A DNA stretch of 64,000 nt from an uncultured delta proteobacterium (GTDB taxonomy: Bacteria > Desulfobacterota > RBG-13-43-22): assembly GCA_963743305.1 (NCBI GenBank), contig CAVUPH010000017.1, positions 64,001 through 128,000 on the forward strand, written 5' to 3'. The number at the start of each line of letters is the position of its first letter. Positions within the stretch are counted from its first letter, which is position 1. The notes beneath the pieces are model-generated. The model searched no databases, was not told the origin of the DNA, and worked only from the letters and a program-made list of their open reading frames with translations. Shown here in pieces: positions 18,865 to 29,575 of this stretch. The translations under genes were made by a program, and so were the position numbers.

Positions 18865-21004
18865 ATGACCGACGGTTTCAAAGACATCGAAAAGCTCGAG
18901 ACCGCTCTTTGGGAGGCGGCGGACAACCTGCGGGCCAATTCCAAGCTCACTTCCAGCGACTACTTCATGCCGGTCTTGGGAGTGATCTTCCTCCGTCACG
19001 CCGCCAACCGTTTCGAGGAGGCCAGACGACAGATCGAGGAGGATCAGGCGGCCGGCCGGATGCCCAAACGAAAAGTGGTGCCGGCCGATTATCTGCGCCG
19101 CCGCGCCCTCTGGCTCCCTGAGACCGCCCGTTATGACCGGATCATGGAGCAGGCCGCCGTCGGCGGCAGCGACCTTCCCGGCCTGGTGTCCGAAGCTATG
19201 ACCGCCATCGAGGAGGCCTTCGAGCCGCTGCAGGGTGTCCTTCCCAAAGATTACGGAATCTTCGAGCCCAAGGTGCTGGAAGACCTGATGCGGCTCTTCA
19301 ATAGCGAGCAGATCAAACAGGCCACCGGCGACGTCTTCGGCCGCATCTATGAATACTTCCTGGCCAAGTTTTCCGTCCAGAAAGCCCACGACAACGGGGA
19401 GTTCTTCACTCCCTCCTCCCTGGTCCAGACCATTGTCAATGTCATCGAGCCCGATCACGGCATTGTCTTCGACCTGGCCTGCGGCTCGGGCGGCATGTTC
19501 GTCCAGTCCAGCCACTTCATCGAACAGGAGGGCGGCGATACGGCCAAGAAGGTGGTCTTTTATGGCCAGGAGAAGAACCGCGACACCATCCGCATCGCCC
19601 AGATGAACCTGGCCGTCCACGGGTTGGAAGGCAAGATTGCCGAGGCAATCACCTATTACCAGGACGAGTATGCCCTGGCCGGCAAATGTGATTTCGTGAT
19701 GGCCAATCCGCCTTTCAACGTCGATCTGGTGGATGCCGAACGGATCAAGATCGACCCGCGCCTCCCTTTCGGGCTCCCGGGGGTGAACAAGCAGAAGAAG
19801 GTCTCCAACGGGAACTATCTCTGGATTTCCTATTTCTGGAGCTACCTGAACGAAAAGGGCCGGGCTGGTTTCGTCATGTCTTCCCAGGCCTCCAGCGCCG
19901 GGCACGGCGAGAAAGAAGTCCGACGAAAGATCGTCGAGACCGGGGATGTGGACGTGATGATTTCCATCCGCTCCAATTTCTTTTATACCCGATCCGTCCC
20001 CTGCGAACTCTGGTTTTTCGACCGGACCAAACCCCCCGAGCGACGGGACAAAGTGCTGATGCTCGATGCCCGAAACATTTACCGCAAAGTTACCCGCAAG
20101 ATTAACGATTTTTCCCCGGAACAGATGCGCAACCTTTCGGCCATCGTCTGGCTTTATCGGGGGCAATCGGATCGTTTCCTGTCTCTAGTAAGAAATTACT
20201 TGCATTCAGTGTGCGAGGAAGGCGCAGCCATTCCGGAAAAGCTGGCTATCTTCGAAAAGACACTAACTGAATTGCGCCAGCGTTTTGTGACGCTCGAAAA
20301 AACCGTTGCTGAGGTCTGAATAAATCGAAGATGAAAAGAAAAAGTCCCTGGCCGAAGCCGGTACGGAACTCAACGAAACCGGAAAATCCTACAAAATCGA
20401 CAGGGACAACCTGCTGACCGACCTTGGGGGTTTCCTGAAACGATTCGCCTCATCATTGCCGGAAAAAAATGATCCCCAACACAGAGCTCGCCGGATGTTC
20501 GAACCGACTGCCGAACGGATCAAGGGGCTTATCAAGCAAGTGGACTTGCTCTACAAGTTGGCCGCCCAGGTGGCCAACCTGGGAGCGGAATTCTCCCTCA
20601 CCCCCGGGAACGGGGGAGAGCGGGGTGAGGGGGCGCCTTATGAACGCCGCGCTACGGGCAGGCTGGTAAAACAGCTCGATGGAGAGCGCAAAGCAGCCGT
20701 TGAACAGCTCAAAAGGGCCGTTTACTTCCATAGACAGGTGATCTGGCTGCAGGATCGTTTCCCCAAGGCCGAACTGGAGGCCGTACTGGGGCTGGTGAAG
20801 CTGGTGGATGTCAAGGAAATCGAAGCGGCCGATTGGAGCCTCACTCCCGGCCGCTACGTCGGCGTTTCTCCGCCCGAGGAAGACGAGGACTTCGACTTCG
20901 AACAGACCCTGCGGGATATTCATACCGAGTTGGCCGACCTCAACAAGGAGGCAGGAGAATTGGCGGCGAAGATTCAGGAGAACTTCGAGGAGTTGGGGAT
21001 ATGA
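18865..21004 (+). CDS. hsdM: Type I R-M methyltransferase subunit, frameshifted near 20310-20325
   Basis: LWEAADNLR, GEFFTP, DLACGSGG, NPPF. The frame resumes (KIEDEKKK...) and runs into the WSLTPGRYVG C-terminus. Confidence 0.9.
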
Positions 21005-22131
21005 AGAAACAGATTCGGACGACCCCGGCGGCCAATGCTCCGGATCGTAAATCAAGGGGCAGAATACGCGAAGACGCCTCGTTCCCAGTGGCACCGCCTC
21101 ACGAGAGCTTACCCGTCAGCTACGCCTCCGTTCTCGGTGAGATCAAACAACGTATCCAGGCAGAGCGGCTGCGGGTTATTATGGCCGCCAATTCGGCCAT
21201 GATCATCCTGTATTGGGACATCGGTCGACTGATTTTAGATCGTCAAGAGCGTGAGAGCTGGGGCGCCAAGGTTATTGATCGGCTCTCCGCCGACCTGCGC
21301 GAAGCCTACCCGGATATGGGCGGATTATCTCCACGTAACCTCAAATATATGCGCGCTTTTGCGGCGGCCTGGCCGGACTCGTCAATTGTGCAACGGGTCG
21401 TTGCACAAATTCCCTGGAGGAGTAATATTGCCCTCCTGGACAAGTTGGATGATCCCGCCATTCGGCAATGGTATGCCGAAAAAACAATCGAACATGTCTG
21501 GTCACAACCGGTCCTTTGCTTTCAGATAGAATCCCAACTCCATTCCCGCCAGGGCAGGGCCGTAACAAACTTCGCCGCAACCCTTCCACCCGCTGACTCG
21601 GATATGGCGGCACAAGTCTTTAAAGACCCCTACCTCTTTGACTTTCTGGGCACCGCCGATCCACGCCGCGAACGGGAGATCGAGCAGGCCCTCATCGATC
21701 ATATCCAGCGCTTTCTCCTCGAACTCGGCGCAGGCTTTGCCTTCGTCGGGAGGCAGATCCATCTTGAATTTGCGAGCAACGACTATTACCTCGATCTCCT
21801 CTTTTATCACCTGAAACTGAGATGTTACGTCGTGGTGGAACTGAAGGCCGTCCCTTTCGACCCGGGTTTTGTCGGCACCATGAACATGTATCTCTCCGCG
21901 GTGGACGACCTGTTACGACACACTGACGATAAACCCTCCATCGGACTAATTCTATGCCGTTCGAAAAATAAACTGGTGGTGGAGTACGCTTTGCGCAATT
22001 TCAGGAAGCCAATCGGTGTTGCCGAATGGGAGACCAAAATCGTTAAGAAACTCCCAAAGGAATTCAAAGGGAGCCTTCCTACCGTAGAAGAGATTGAAGC
22101 GGAATTGACGTGGGATAGACGATTAAAATGA
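21001..22131 (+). CDS. yhcG: YhcG/DUF1016 PD-(D/E)XK nuclease
   Basis: LYWDIG, KDPYLFDFL, ELGAGFAFVGRQ, DLLFYH, VELK; ATGA overlap with hsdM. Confidence 0.92.
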   Translation: MKKQIRTTPAANAPDRKSRGRIREDASFPVAPPHESLPVSYASVLGEIKQRIQAERLRVIMAANSAMIILYWDIGRLILDRQERESWGAKVIDRLSADLREAYPDMGGLSPRNLKYMRAFAAAWPDSSIVQRVVAQIPWRSNIALLDKLDDPAIRQWYAEKTIEHVWSQPVLCFQIESQLHSRQGRAVTNFAATLPPADSDMAAQVFKDPYLFDFLGTADPRREREIEQALIDHIQRFLLELGAGFAFVGRQIHLEFASNDYYLDLLFYHLKLRCYVVVELKAVPFDPGFVGTMNMYLSAVDDLLRHTDDKPSIGLILCRSKNKLVVEYALRNFRKPIGVAEWETKIVKKLPKEFKGSLPTVEEIEAELTWDRRLK

Positions 22132-22187
22132 TCGATATAGCGGAACTGGTGGGGAAGGCCCAAGAGAACTTCGAGGAATTAGTATGA
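22128..22187 (+). other. 19-codon mini-ORF duplicating the hsdM 3' end
   Basis: MIDIAELVGKAQENFEELV* versus the HsdM end ELAAKIQENFEELGI*; ATGA overlaps with both yhcG and hsdS. Confidence 0.7.
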
Positions 22188-23323
22188 TTGGGAAAACTCT
22201 AACCATACTCTCAGACGTATGCGAGTCTATACGCTACGGCTACACGGCCTCAGCCAATCTTGATCCTTGCGGGCCGCGCTTCCTGCGCATCACTGACATT
22301 GTCCCCGATTCCCTGGACTGGGAAACGGTACCGTACTGCGAGATCGATGAAACCGACAGGGAGCGATTCGCTCTTGCGGTCGGTGACATTGTCGTTGCCA
22401 GAACGGGGGCGACTGTTGGATACGCGAAGCTCATTCGCGAACCGGTGGACGCTGTATTCGCTTCGTATTTGGTCCGCTTCCGGGTGGATACCACAAAGGC
22501 TGATCCAGCATATATTGGCAGGCTTGTCGAATCCCACGATTACAAGTCGTTCGTTAAATCCAGGATCGGCGGAGCCGCCCAACCCAACGCGAGCGCTCCG
22601 GTGCTCGGGAGCTTCGAGTTTCCCTTGCCGTCCCGGCACTCGCAGGAGCGCATCGCCGACATCCTCTCCGCCTACGACGACCTGATCGAGAACAACCGGC
22701 GTCGGATGGTGCTGTTGGAGGAGGCGGCGCGGCAGCTTTACCGGGAGTGGTTTGTCCGTCTCCGCTTTCCCGGGCATGAGCATACCCGGATTGTTGATGG
22801 CGTGCCCAAGAGATGGGAACGGATAGCATTTGAAAACGCCCTTGTCCTTCAACGTGGTTTCGATCTCCCCGTTCAGCTTAGGGAAGATGGTGATGTGCCA
22901 ATTTATGGCTCGACTGGTATCCTCGGATTTCACAGTAAAGCGAAGGTTACTGGTCCAGGTGTAGTTACTGGACGAAGCGGTACGCTTGGGGAAGTAAAGT
23001 ACGTTCCGGTTGATTTCTGGCCATTGAACACATCTCTATGGGTTAAGGAGTTCAGAAGGGCCACGCCATTTTTTTCTCTATTTCTAATGCGAGAGATGGA
23101 CCTAAAGAAGTATAATGGCGGAGTGTCAGTACCTACACTGGATCGGAAAACCGTCCATAAAACCCAAATTTTAATCCCTTCAAAAGACCTGCTTATGTTG
23201 TTTGACAATTTTATTAACCCGCTATTTCAGCAAGTTAACATTTTAAGCGGTCAAACCGAAAAACTAAGAACAGCCCGCGATATGCTCCTCCCTCGTTTGA
23301 TGAACGGGGAGATTGTACTATAA
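22184..23323 (+). CDS. hsdS: Type I R-M specificity subunit
   Basis: Two TRDs with conserved QERIADILSAYDDLIENN and RDMLLPRLMNGEI helices. Confidence 0.93.
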   Translation: MIGKTLTILSDVCESIRYGYTASANLDPCGPRFLRITDIVPDSLDWETVPYCEIDETDRERFALAVGDIVVARTGATVGYAKLIREPVDAVFASYLVRFRVDTTKADPAYIGRLVESHDYKSFVKSRIGGAAQPNASAPVLGSFEFPLPSRHSQERIADILSAYDDLIENNRRRMVLLEEAARQLYREWFVRLRFPGHEHTRIVDGVPKRWERIAFENALVLQRGFDLPVQLREDGDVPIYGSTGILGFHSKAKVTGPGVVTGRSGTLGEVKYVPVDFWPLNTSLWVKEFRRATPFFSLFLMREMDLKKYNGGVSVPTLDRKTVHKTQILIPSKDLLMLFDNFINPLFQQVNILSGQTEKLRTARDMLLPRLMNGEIVL

Positions 23324-23344
23324 CGCTGTTACTGCTTAAGAAGG

Positions 23345-24445
23345 ATGGCGTCTATGAATAACCTATACAAGCTAAAAATCGAGGGGTTCAAGTCTATAAA
23401 GAGTCAGGAGCTTGAGTTCGCACCCCTTAATGTTTTTATTGGGGGGAATGGGGCTGGCAAATCCAATCTAGTCAGCGTATTCCATTTCCTTCGGCGGATA
23501 GTCGACCAAGAGCTTCAAACATATACCGGTGAAGCAGGGGGGGCTAACGCCATACTCTACTTCGGCCGCAAGAAGACAGATAAACTCTCCATGAGAATTG
23601 AATTTCGCCCAGGCAGCGATGCGAACATATATGAGTTTGTTTTAATTCCGACGGATGATGATCGGTTTATCTTTGAGCGCGAAAATGCCTATTACTGGGC
23701 GACGGATCGGTTCGATGCCACTTACTTAGCCGATTCCTGGAAAGCTCACCGAGAGGCTCGAATTATAGAGGAGAAAAATCCGTCGCCGCCTACGTACGCG
23801 ACCATCTGGAAAGCTACCGCATTTACCACTTTCATGATACCAGTCCTTCCGCTGCGGTAAAACAAACCGGTGATGTGGCCGACAACCGGTTTTTACGACC
23901 CGATGCAGGCAATCTCGCCGCCTTCCTTTATAGGCTTCAGCAAAAACAACCTGATCATTTTGAAAATATCGAAGATACGGTAAGACAAGTGGCGCCATTT
24001 TGGGGACATTTCAAGCTGGAGACATCCCTCCTAAACCCCGATAGAAATTCGTCTGAATGGGAAGAAAAGGGGAGCGATGACCTATTTCAATGCCTCGGCA
24101 CTTTCGGATGGAACCTTACGTTTTATCTGCCTATCGACTCTCCTTCTTCAGCCGACCTTGCCTTCGCTCATTCTCATCGACGAGCCGGAACTGGGGCTTC
24201 ACCCGGCCGCCATCCAGGTCCTCGCCGGACTCCTCCAATCTGCGGCCACACGAACCCAATTGATTGTGGCCACCCAGTCGGTGACCCTTATCAACCAATT
24301 ACAACCGGAACACGTCTGGGTGGTGGGCCGGGAAGACGGCCAAAGTATTTTCCGCAACTTGAAGTCGGCAGATATGTCTGAGTGGCTCGAAGATTATGGT
24401 TTGGGAGAATTGTGGGAGAAGAATATCTTTGGAGGCCGTCCTTGA
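23345..24445 (+). CDS. ABC-type AAA ATPase (AAA_21-like), split by frameshifts near 23775 and 24050-24075
   Basis: IEGFKSI, GGNGAGKSN (Walker A), LSDGTLR, IDEPELGLHP (Walker B) and ATQS lie in three consecutive ORF fragments. Confidence 0.85.
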
Positions 24446-25101
24446 TGAAACGCGTTCTTGTGCTTGTGGAAGGACAAACCGAGGAACGTTTTATAAAAGA
24501 CGTGGTAGGGCCTCACCTTGAAGCAAAGGACATATACGCCATCCCAAAAGTCGTGACGACCAAACGAGTTAAGCAAGGGCCTGATTTCAAGGGCGGCATT
24601 ACCGATTATCAGAAGGTCGAAAACGATTTGAAACGGCTTCTTGGGGATTCAGATGCGGCTCTTATCACCACCTTTATAGACTATTATGGTCTTCCCCTGG
24701 AATTCCCAGGTATGGCTACCCGTCCGATAGCCTCCCCGCTAGAGAGGGCAAAACATGTGGAGATTGAATGGAAACGTCGGATAGACCACCCTCGTTTTCT
24801 ATCCTATTTAATGACCCACGAATTTGAAGCTCTTTTATTCTCCAAACCAGAAGAACTGAGTAGAGCGCTTTATCAATCGGATTTGGGGCCAAAACTCAAA
24901 ACCATCAGAGATTCATTTCCAACTCCTGAAGAAATTGACGATGATCCATTGACTGCTCCCTCGAAAAGAATATTGCGCCTCCTCCCGGCATACCAGAAGA
25001 CCGTTCATGGTCCGCTGGTAACCAGACGCATAGGTTTGGAAACCTTGCGTCGCGAATGTAGGCATTTCAATGACTGGCTTTTAAAGCTTGAAAGTATTTA
25101 G
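24445..25101 (+). CDS. DUF4276 family (TOPRIM-like) protein
   Basis: VLVEGQTEERF, DYYG, HEFEALLF, PSKRI, CRHFNDWL; coupled to the ATPase. Confidence 0.85.
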   Translation: MKRVLVLVEGQTEERFIKDVVGPHLEAKDIYAIPKVVTTKRVKQGPDFKGGITDYQKVENDLKRLLGDSDAALITTFIDYYGLPLEFPGMATRPIASPLERAKHVEIEWKRRIDHPRFLSYLMTHEFEALLFSKPEELSRALYQSDLGPKLKTIRDSFPTPEEIDDDPLTAPSKRILRLLPAYQKTVHGPLVTRRIGLETLRRECRHFNDWLLKLESI

Positions 25102-25116
25102 GATCAATAGGCTTAG

Positions 25117-28100
25117 ATGATCACCGACATCAACAGCGAAGACCGCCTGGTCCAGCAGACGTTTGCCGAGCATCTGCACGATAAACTCGGCTGGGACAGC
25201 GTCTATGCCTGGAACCAGGAAACCTTCGGACCGAACGGCACCTTGGGGCGGACCAGTGAGCGCGAAGCGATCCTGATGCGTGATCTGCGAAGGGCGGTGG
25301 CCGACCTCAATCAGGAATTGCCGGAAACGGCCCGGGATCAGGCGATAGAAAAACTTACCCGGGTGGACTATTCCCGATCACTGTTGCAGCATAACCGGGA
25401 ATTCTATGGTTTCCTCCGAAATGGCGTTCCGGTGGATTGGCGCGATACCCAAGGGGAGACGAAGCACGCCCGGGTGCAGGTCATCGATTTCCGGAATGCG
25501 GCCAATAATCGGTTTCTCGCGGTTCGGGAACTGAAATTCCAGGGAATGCGGGTCCCCCACTATAATGTCCGGGCGGACCTGGTCTGCTTTGTCAATGGCT
25601 TGCCGCTGGTTTTCATTGAACTGAAGGCAGTTTACAGGAACATCCGGCAGGGGTTCGATAATAATCTTACCTGGTACCTCGACCCGAACGTCGTTCCCCA
25701 GGCCTTTCATCACAACGTCTTTCTTATCGTCAGCAACGGCGACCGGGCCCGTTACGGATCTATCACCAGCCGCTGGGAGCACTTTGTCGAGTGGAAGCGC
25801 AATTCAGAAAAGGAAAAAGGCCGCCTGGAGGCCGAGGCCCTGCTGGAAGGGATGCTCGCCAAGGAAAATTTGCTCGATATCATTGAGAATTTTATTCTGT
25901 TTGACGACAGCCGGCCCGGCGGAACCCGTAAGATTATCGCCAGGAACCATCAGGTGCTGGGGGTGAATAACGCCGTCGCCTCGGTTCAGCGGCAGGAAGA
26001 ACTTAAGGTGGAGTTTCCAATGGACCGAAGGCTTCTTTCTTATACTTATACCGTTCCTGTATCCGAGATAAAAATCGCCGCGCGAAGAAGGTAAAGGAGA
26101 TGGGGCTCCGTATTGATCCTCAAAGACAGAAACCTGGAGGAACTACCCCTGGTGAAGCGGGCGCATCCGGACCTTGGCCGGTTGGGGGTTTTCTGGCATA
26201 CCCAGGGCAGCGGCAAATCCTATTCCATGGTATTCTTTACCGAGAAAGTCCGGCGGGTGGTACCGGGGAACTTCACCTTTGTCATCATGACCGACCGGGA
26301 TGATCTGGATGATCAGATCTGGAGGACCTTTATCGGTTGCGGGGCGGCGGATGAGAAGAATCCGCGAGCCAAGTCCGGTGACGACCTCAAAACACTCCTT
26401 TCTGAAAACCACCGGTTTATTTTCAGCCTGATCCACAAGTTCAACCAGGAGGTGACCGAACCCTATAGCGACCGGGACGACATCATCGTCATCTCGGACG
26501 AAGCCCACCGGACCCAGGCCGGGAAGTTTGCCCGCCATATGCGACTGGCGTTGCCGAACGCCTCTTTCATCGGCTTTACCGGCACCCCGCTGTTCAAACA
26601 CGACCATCTGACCAAGCGAATATTCGGAGGGTATGTCTCGCGCTACGACTTCAAACGTTCTGAGGAGGACCATTCCACGGTCAGGCTGGTCTACGAAAAT
26701 CGGGGAGAGAAGCTGGGTATTGCCCGGCTCGACCTGAACGATCGAATCGCTTCGAAGATTGAGGAGGCGGAACTGGATCCGGATCAGGCCGCGTTGTTGG
26801 ATAAATTGCTGGGCCAGGATTATGAGGTCATAACGGCCGATGATCGACTGGACAAGCTGGCTGAGGATTTTGTCGAGCATTGCTCCACCCGGTGGGAATC
26901 CGGCAAATCGATGCTGGTTTGTATTGACAAGATCACCTGCGGCCGGATGTATCAAAGGATCAAGCCCCGCTGGGAGGCCAAACTGGCGGTTCTTAAAACC
27001 GTTATCCGGGAAAAGGAAGCGGAATTAGCCAATAGTTCGGACCCGGACGAAATACAGCGGATAGACCGGGATCTTGAAAAACTGCGGGGACAAGTGGGTT
27101 GGATGGGGACCACCATCATCGAGTTCATCATCAGCGAAGCGCAACACGAAGTACGCGATTTTAAAAAGTGGGGGATCGATATCATTCCTCATCGGGAGGT
27201 TATAAAGACAGGTTTCCAAACGCCGGACGGTAAGCGGGTGGCCGTGGATGATGCCTTTAAAGACCCGGAGCATCCTTTTCGAATCGCCATTGTCTGTGCC
27301 ATGTGGCTGACCGGCTTTGACGTGGAATGTCTGTCCACCCTTTATATCGACAAACCCATGAAGGCCCACACCCTGATGCAGGCCATCGCCCGGGCCAACC
27401 GGGTGTATCCGGGGAAGGACTGCGGCGTGATCGTCGATTACAGCGGGATGCTCAAAAGTCTGCGGGAGGCCTTGGCCCAGTATGCCTTGGGAGACGATGA
27501 GCAGGAAGAAACAGGAGGTGAACTGGTTGCCCCGATTGAAGAACTGGTAGTGGCCCTGGTTCAGACGCTGGAGTCGGCGGAAAATCATCTCCGGTCACTA
27601 GGGTTTGAACCGAGCAAGGCTGAAAGGGGCCAAGGGATTTGACCGGATTCAGGCTCTACGCGACGCCGTCGAGGCCCTTTATTCATCGGACGAAGCCAAG
27701 CGCCGGTTTGAAATTATGGCCCGACAGGTCTTTATTCGATTTAAGGCGCTGCTGATGGAACCCAGTGCCTTTGCTTATATCGAACGACACGACAATATTG
27801 AAACGATTTACAAGAAACTGGAAGAGAAAAGAGATACGGCCGATGTGACCGAGGTTTTAAAAGAACTGCATCGGATCGTCAACGAAGCCATCCGGGCCCA
27901 GGAACCGGGGGATGATCATGCCGAAGGGCTTACCGTGGACCTGAGCCGGATCGATTTCGTCAAGTTGCGTGACGAGTTCGCCAAAAAAATAAAACGAAAG
28001 CATACCGCCTTGCAGGACATCCGGGAGATCGTGGAAAAGAAGCTCCAGCAGATGTTGGCCCGAAATCCGCAGCGAATGGACTATTACAAAAAATATCAGG

Positions 28101-28538
28101 AGATTATCGCTGACTACAACCGAGAAAAGGACCGGGTGACCGTAGAGGAGACCTTTGCCAGGCTTTTTGATCTGGCCAACAATCTGGACGCCGAACAAAA
28201 GCGGGCGGTGCAGGAAGGATTGAGTGAGGATGAGTTGGCGCTTGTTCGATCTGCTTTTTAGAGATAATATCAGCAAAGCCAGACCGGGAAAAGCTCAAAC
28301 AGGCCAGCCGGACTCTCCTGGCTTCGCTCCAGGAATTGATCAAGCCTATGCCGACCTGGACGCAAAACTCCCAGACCCAAGCGGAGGTCAAGGTCTGGTC
28401 CTCGATACCCTTTGGGAAAAACTGCCGCGGCCGCCCTTTACCGAAGAAGATGCGGAAACACTTGCAGAGCGGGTTTATGACTTTGTCTGGCAGCAGAGTG
28501 CCGGGGGTCGGTTCTTGGAAAATATGAGGGCGGCCTGA
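25117..28538 (+). CDS. hsdR: Type I R-M restriction subunit, split by about 4 frameshifts
   Basis: ADLVCFVNGLPLVFIELK nuclease motif, WHTQGSGKS, DEAHR, GFTGTP, MWLTGFD, QAIARANR in consecutive fragments. Confidence 0.9.
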
Positions 28539-28662
28539 TCTAAACCCTGTTAGCCTTATTGGCCAATGGGTTTGAAACCGAAAATCATAGAAATGGGGTA
28601 GGTAAATGGCAACCGAGGCTAAGGATCTGTAAACAAATAACCTTGACAAAGCGGCCCGACAA

Positions 28663-28729
28663 CCGTTCACCCTGAGCTTGTCGAAGGGTGAAGGATACGG
28701 CCATGCTTCGACAGGCTCAGCATGAACGG
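28663..28729. repeat. REP-like inverted repeat (CTGAGC..GTCGAAG / CTTCGAC..GCTCAG family)
   Basis: ccgttcaccctgagcttgtcgaag pairs imperfectly with cttcgacaggctcagcatgaacgg. Confidence 0.75.
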
Positions 28730-28831
28730 AGATATCAGCGGTATTGTACAGCTTATTTTTTGACGGGTTCTAAGTTAAAAGAGTTGGAAAAAATTGCCGA
28801 AGAAATGAACGCTATTGACCGGACCAAGCTT

Positions 28832-28953
28832 CTGGGCAACCCGGTGGTCTTTATCGGCCCTAATAATTCAGGGAAGACCTCGGCCTTGCAGGCCCTGGCG
28901 CTCTGGGAGATCGGCCTTAAGAAATGGAATGAAAAACGTGAAGGCAAGTCGGC
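28832..28953 (+). pseudogene. Duplicated 5' fragment of the downstream ATPase gene
   Basis: ~122-bp direct near-repeat of 29633-29753; encodes LGNPVVFIGPNNSGKTSALQALALWEIGLKKWNEKR. Confidence 0.85.
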
Positions 28954-28985
28954 GAAGCGTGCTCCAAAAGAGGGAGGGTATTTAA

Positions 28986-29300
28986 TTGGTCAATGAAGAA
29001 CTGCTAAAGATTGTCGTAAAGCGATTGGCTGATAATTTCCACCCCCAAAAAATAATCCTTTTTGGTTCCCAAGCCAAAGGAACGGCGGATGACCGCAGCG
29101 ATGTTGACCTTCTGGTCATCTGTCCGATCAAAGGGTCCCGAAGGGGGAAAATGGTGGCTATGGATCGTTCCCTGCGGGGGTTGGGGTTGGCCAGGGATAT
29201 CGTTCTTCTTACGCCGGAAGAGTATGAGCGGGACCGCTTTATACCGGGGACCATCGCCCGACCGGCCTCGCAAGAGGGGAGGGTTCTATATGAATCCTAG
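28986..29300 (+). CDS. Minimal nucleotidyltransferase (MNT antitoxin)
   Basis: IILFGSQAKG...SDVDLLV motif, 104 aa. Confidence 0.9.
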   Translation: MVNEELLKIVVKRLADNFHPQKIILFGSQAKGTADDRSDVDLLVICPIKGSRRGKMVAMDRSLRGLGLARDIVLLTPEEYERDRFIPGTIARPASQEGRVLYES

Positions 29301-29540
29301 TGATGTTGAAATCCGCATACATATAATATTTCCAGGCTCTTGGAACTCTGCGCCGAAAAAGCAGATTGGCCGGGAACGGTTTTGGAAGCGGAGGAATTGA
29401 CCCCTTACGCCATAACCACCCGCTATCCTGGAGAGGATGAAAGGGTTACGAAACAGGAGGCCTTGAGGGCGATTTATATTTCCGAAAAGGTTCGAAAAAT
29501 AATTAGAAAAGTTTTAAGAAAGGATGGATTAAATTATTAA
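29290..29540 (+). pseudogene. HEPN-domain remnant with internal deletion
   Basis: Only the C-terminal half (PHTYNISRLLELC...LTPYAITTRYPG) is present, out of frame with the ATG at 29290. Confidence 0.7.
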
Positions 29541-29575
29541 AATGCGTTCTTCCATATTTATTTAGAGGGTTTTTT

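Noticed and set aside
20317-20319. TGA in hsdM, and the TGA at ~46022, as selenocysteine codons
   Set aside because: The coding sequence continues in a different frame, so these are indels, not read-through sites.
25117-28538. Programmed frameshifting or phase variation of hsdR
   Set aside because: There are several scattered breaks without long repeat tracts or slippery-site-plus-hairpin signals, and unrelated genes show the same pattern.
28688-28996. 102-aa ORF as a genuine gene
   Set aside because: It is a chimera of REP sequence and a duplicated ATPase fragment.
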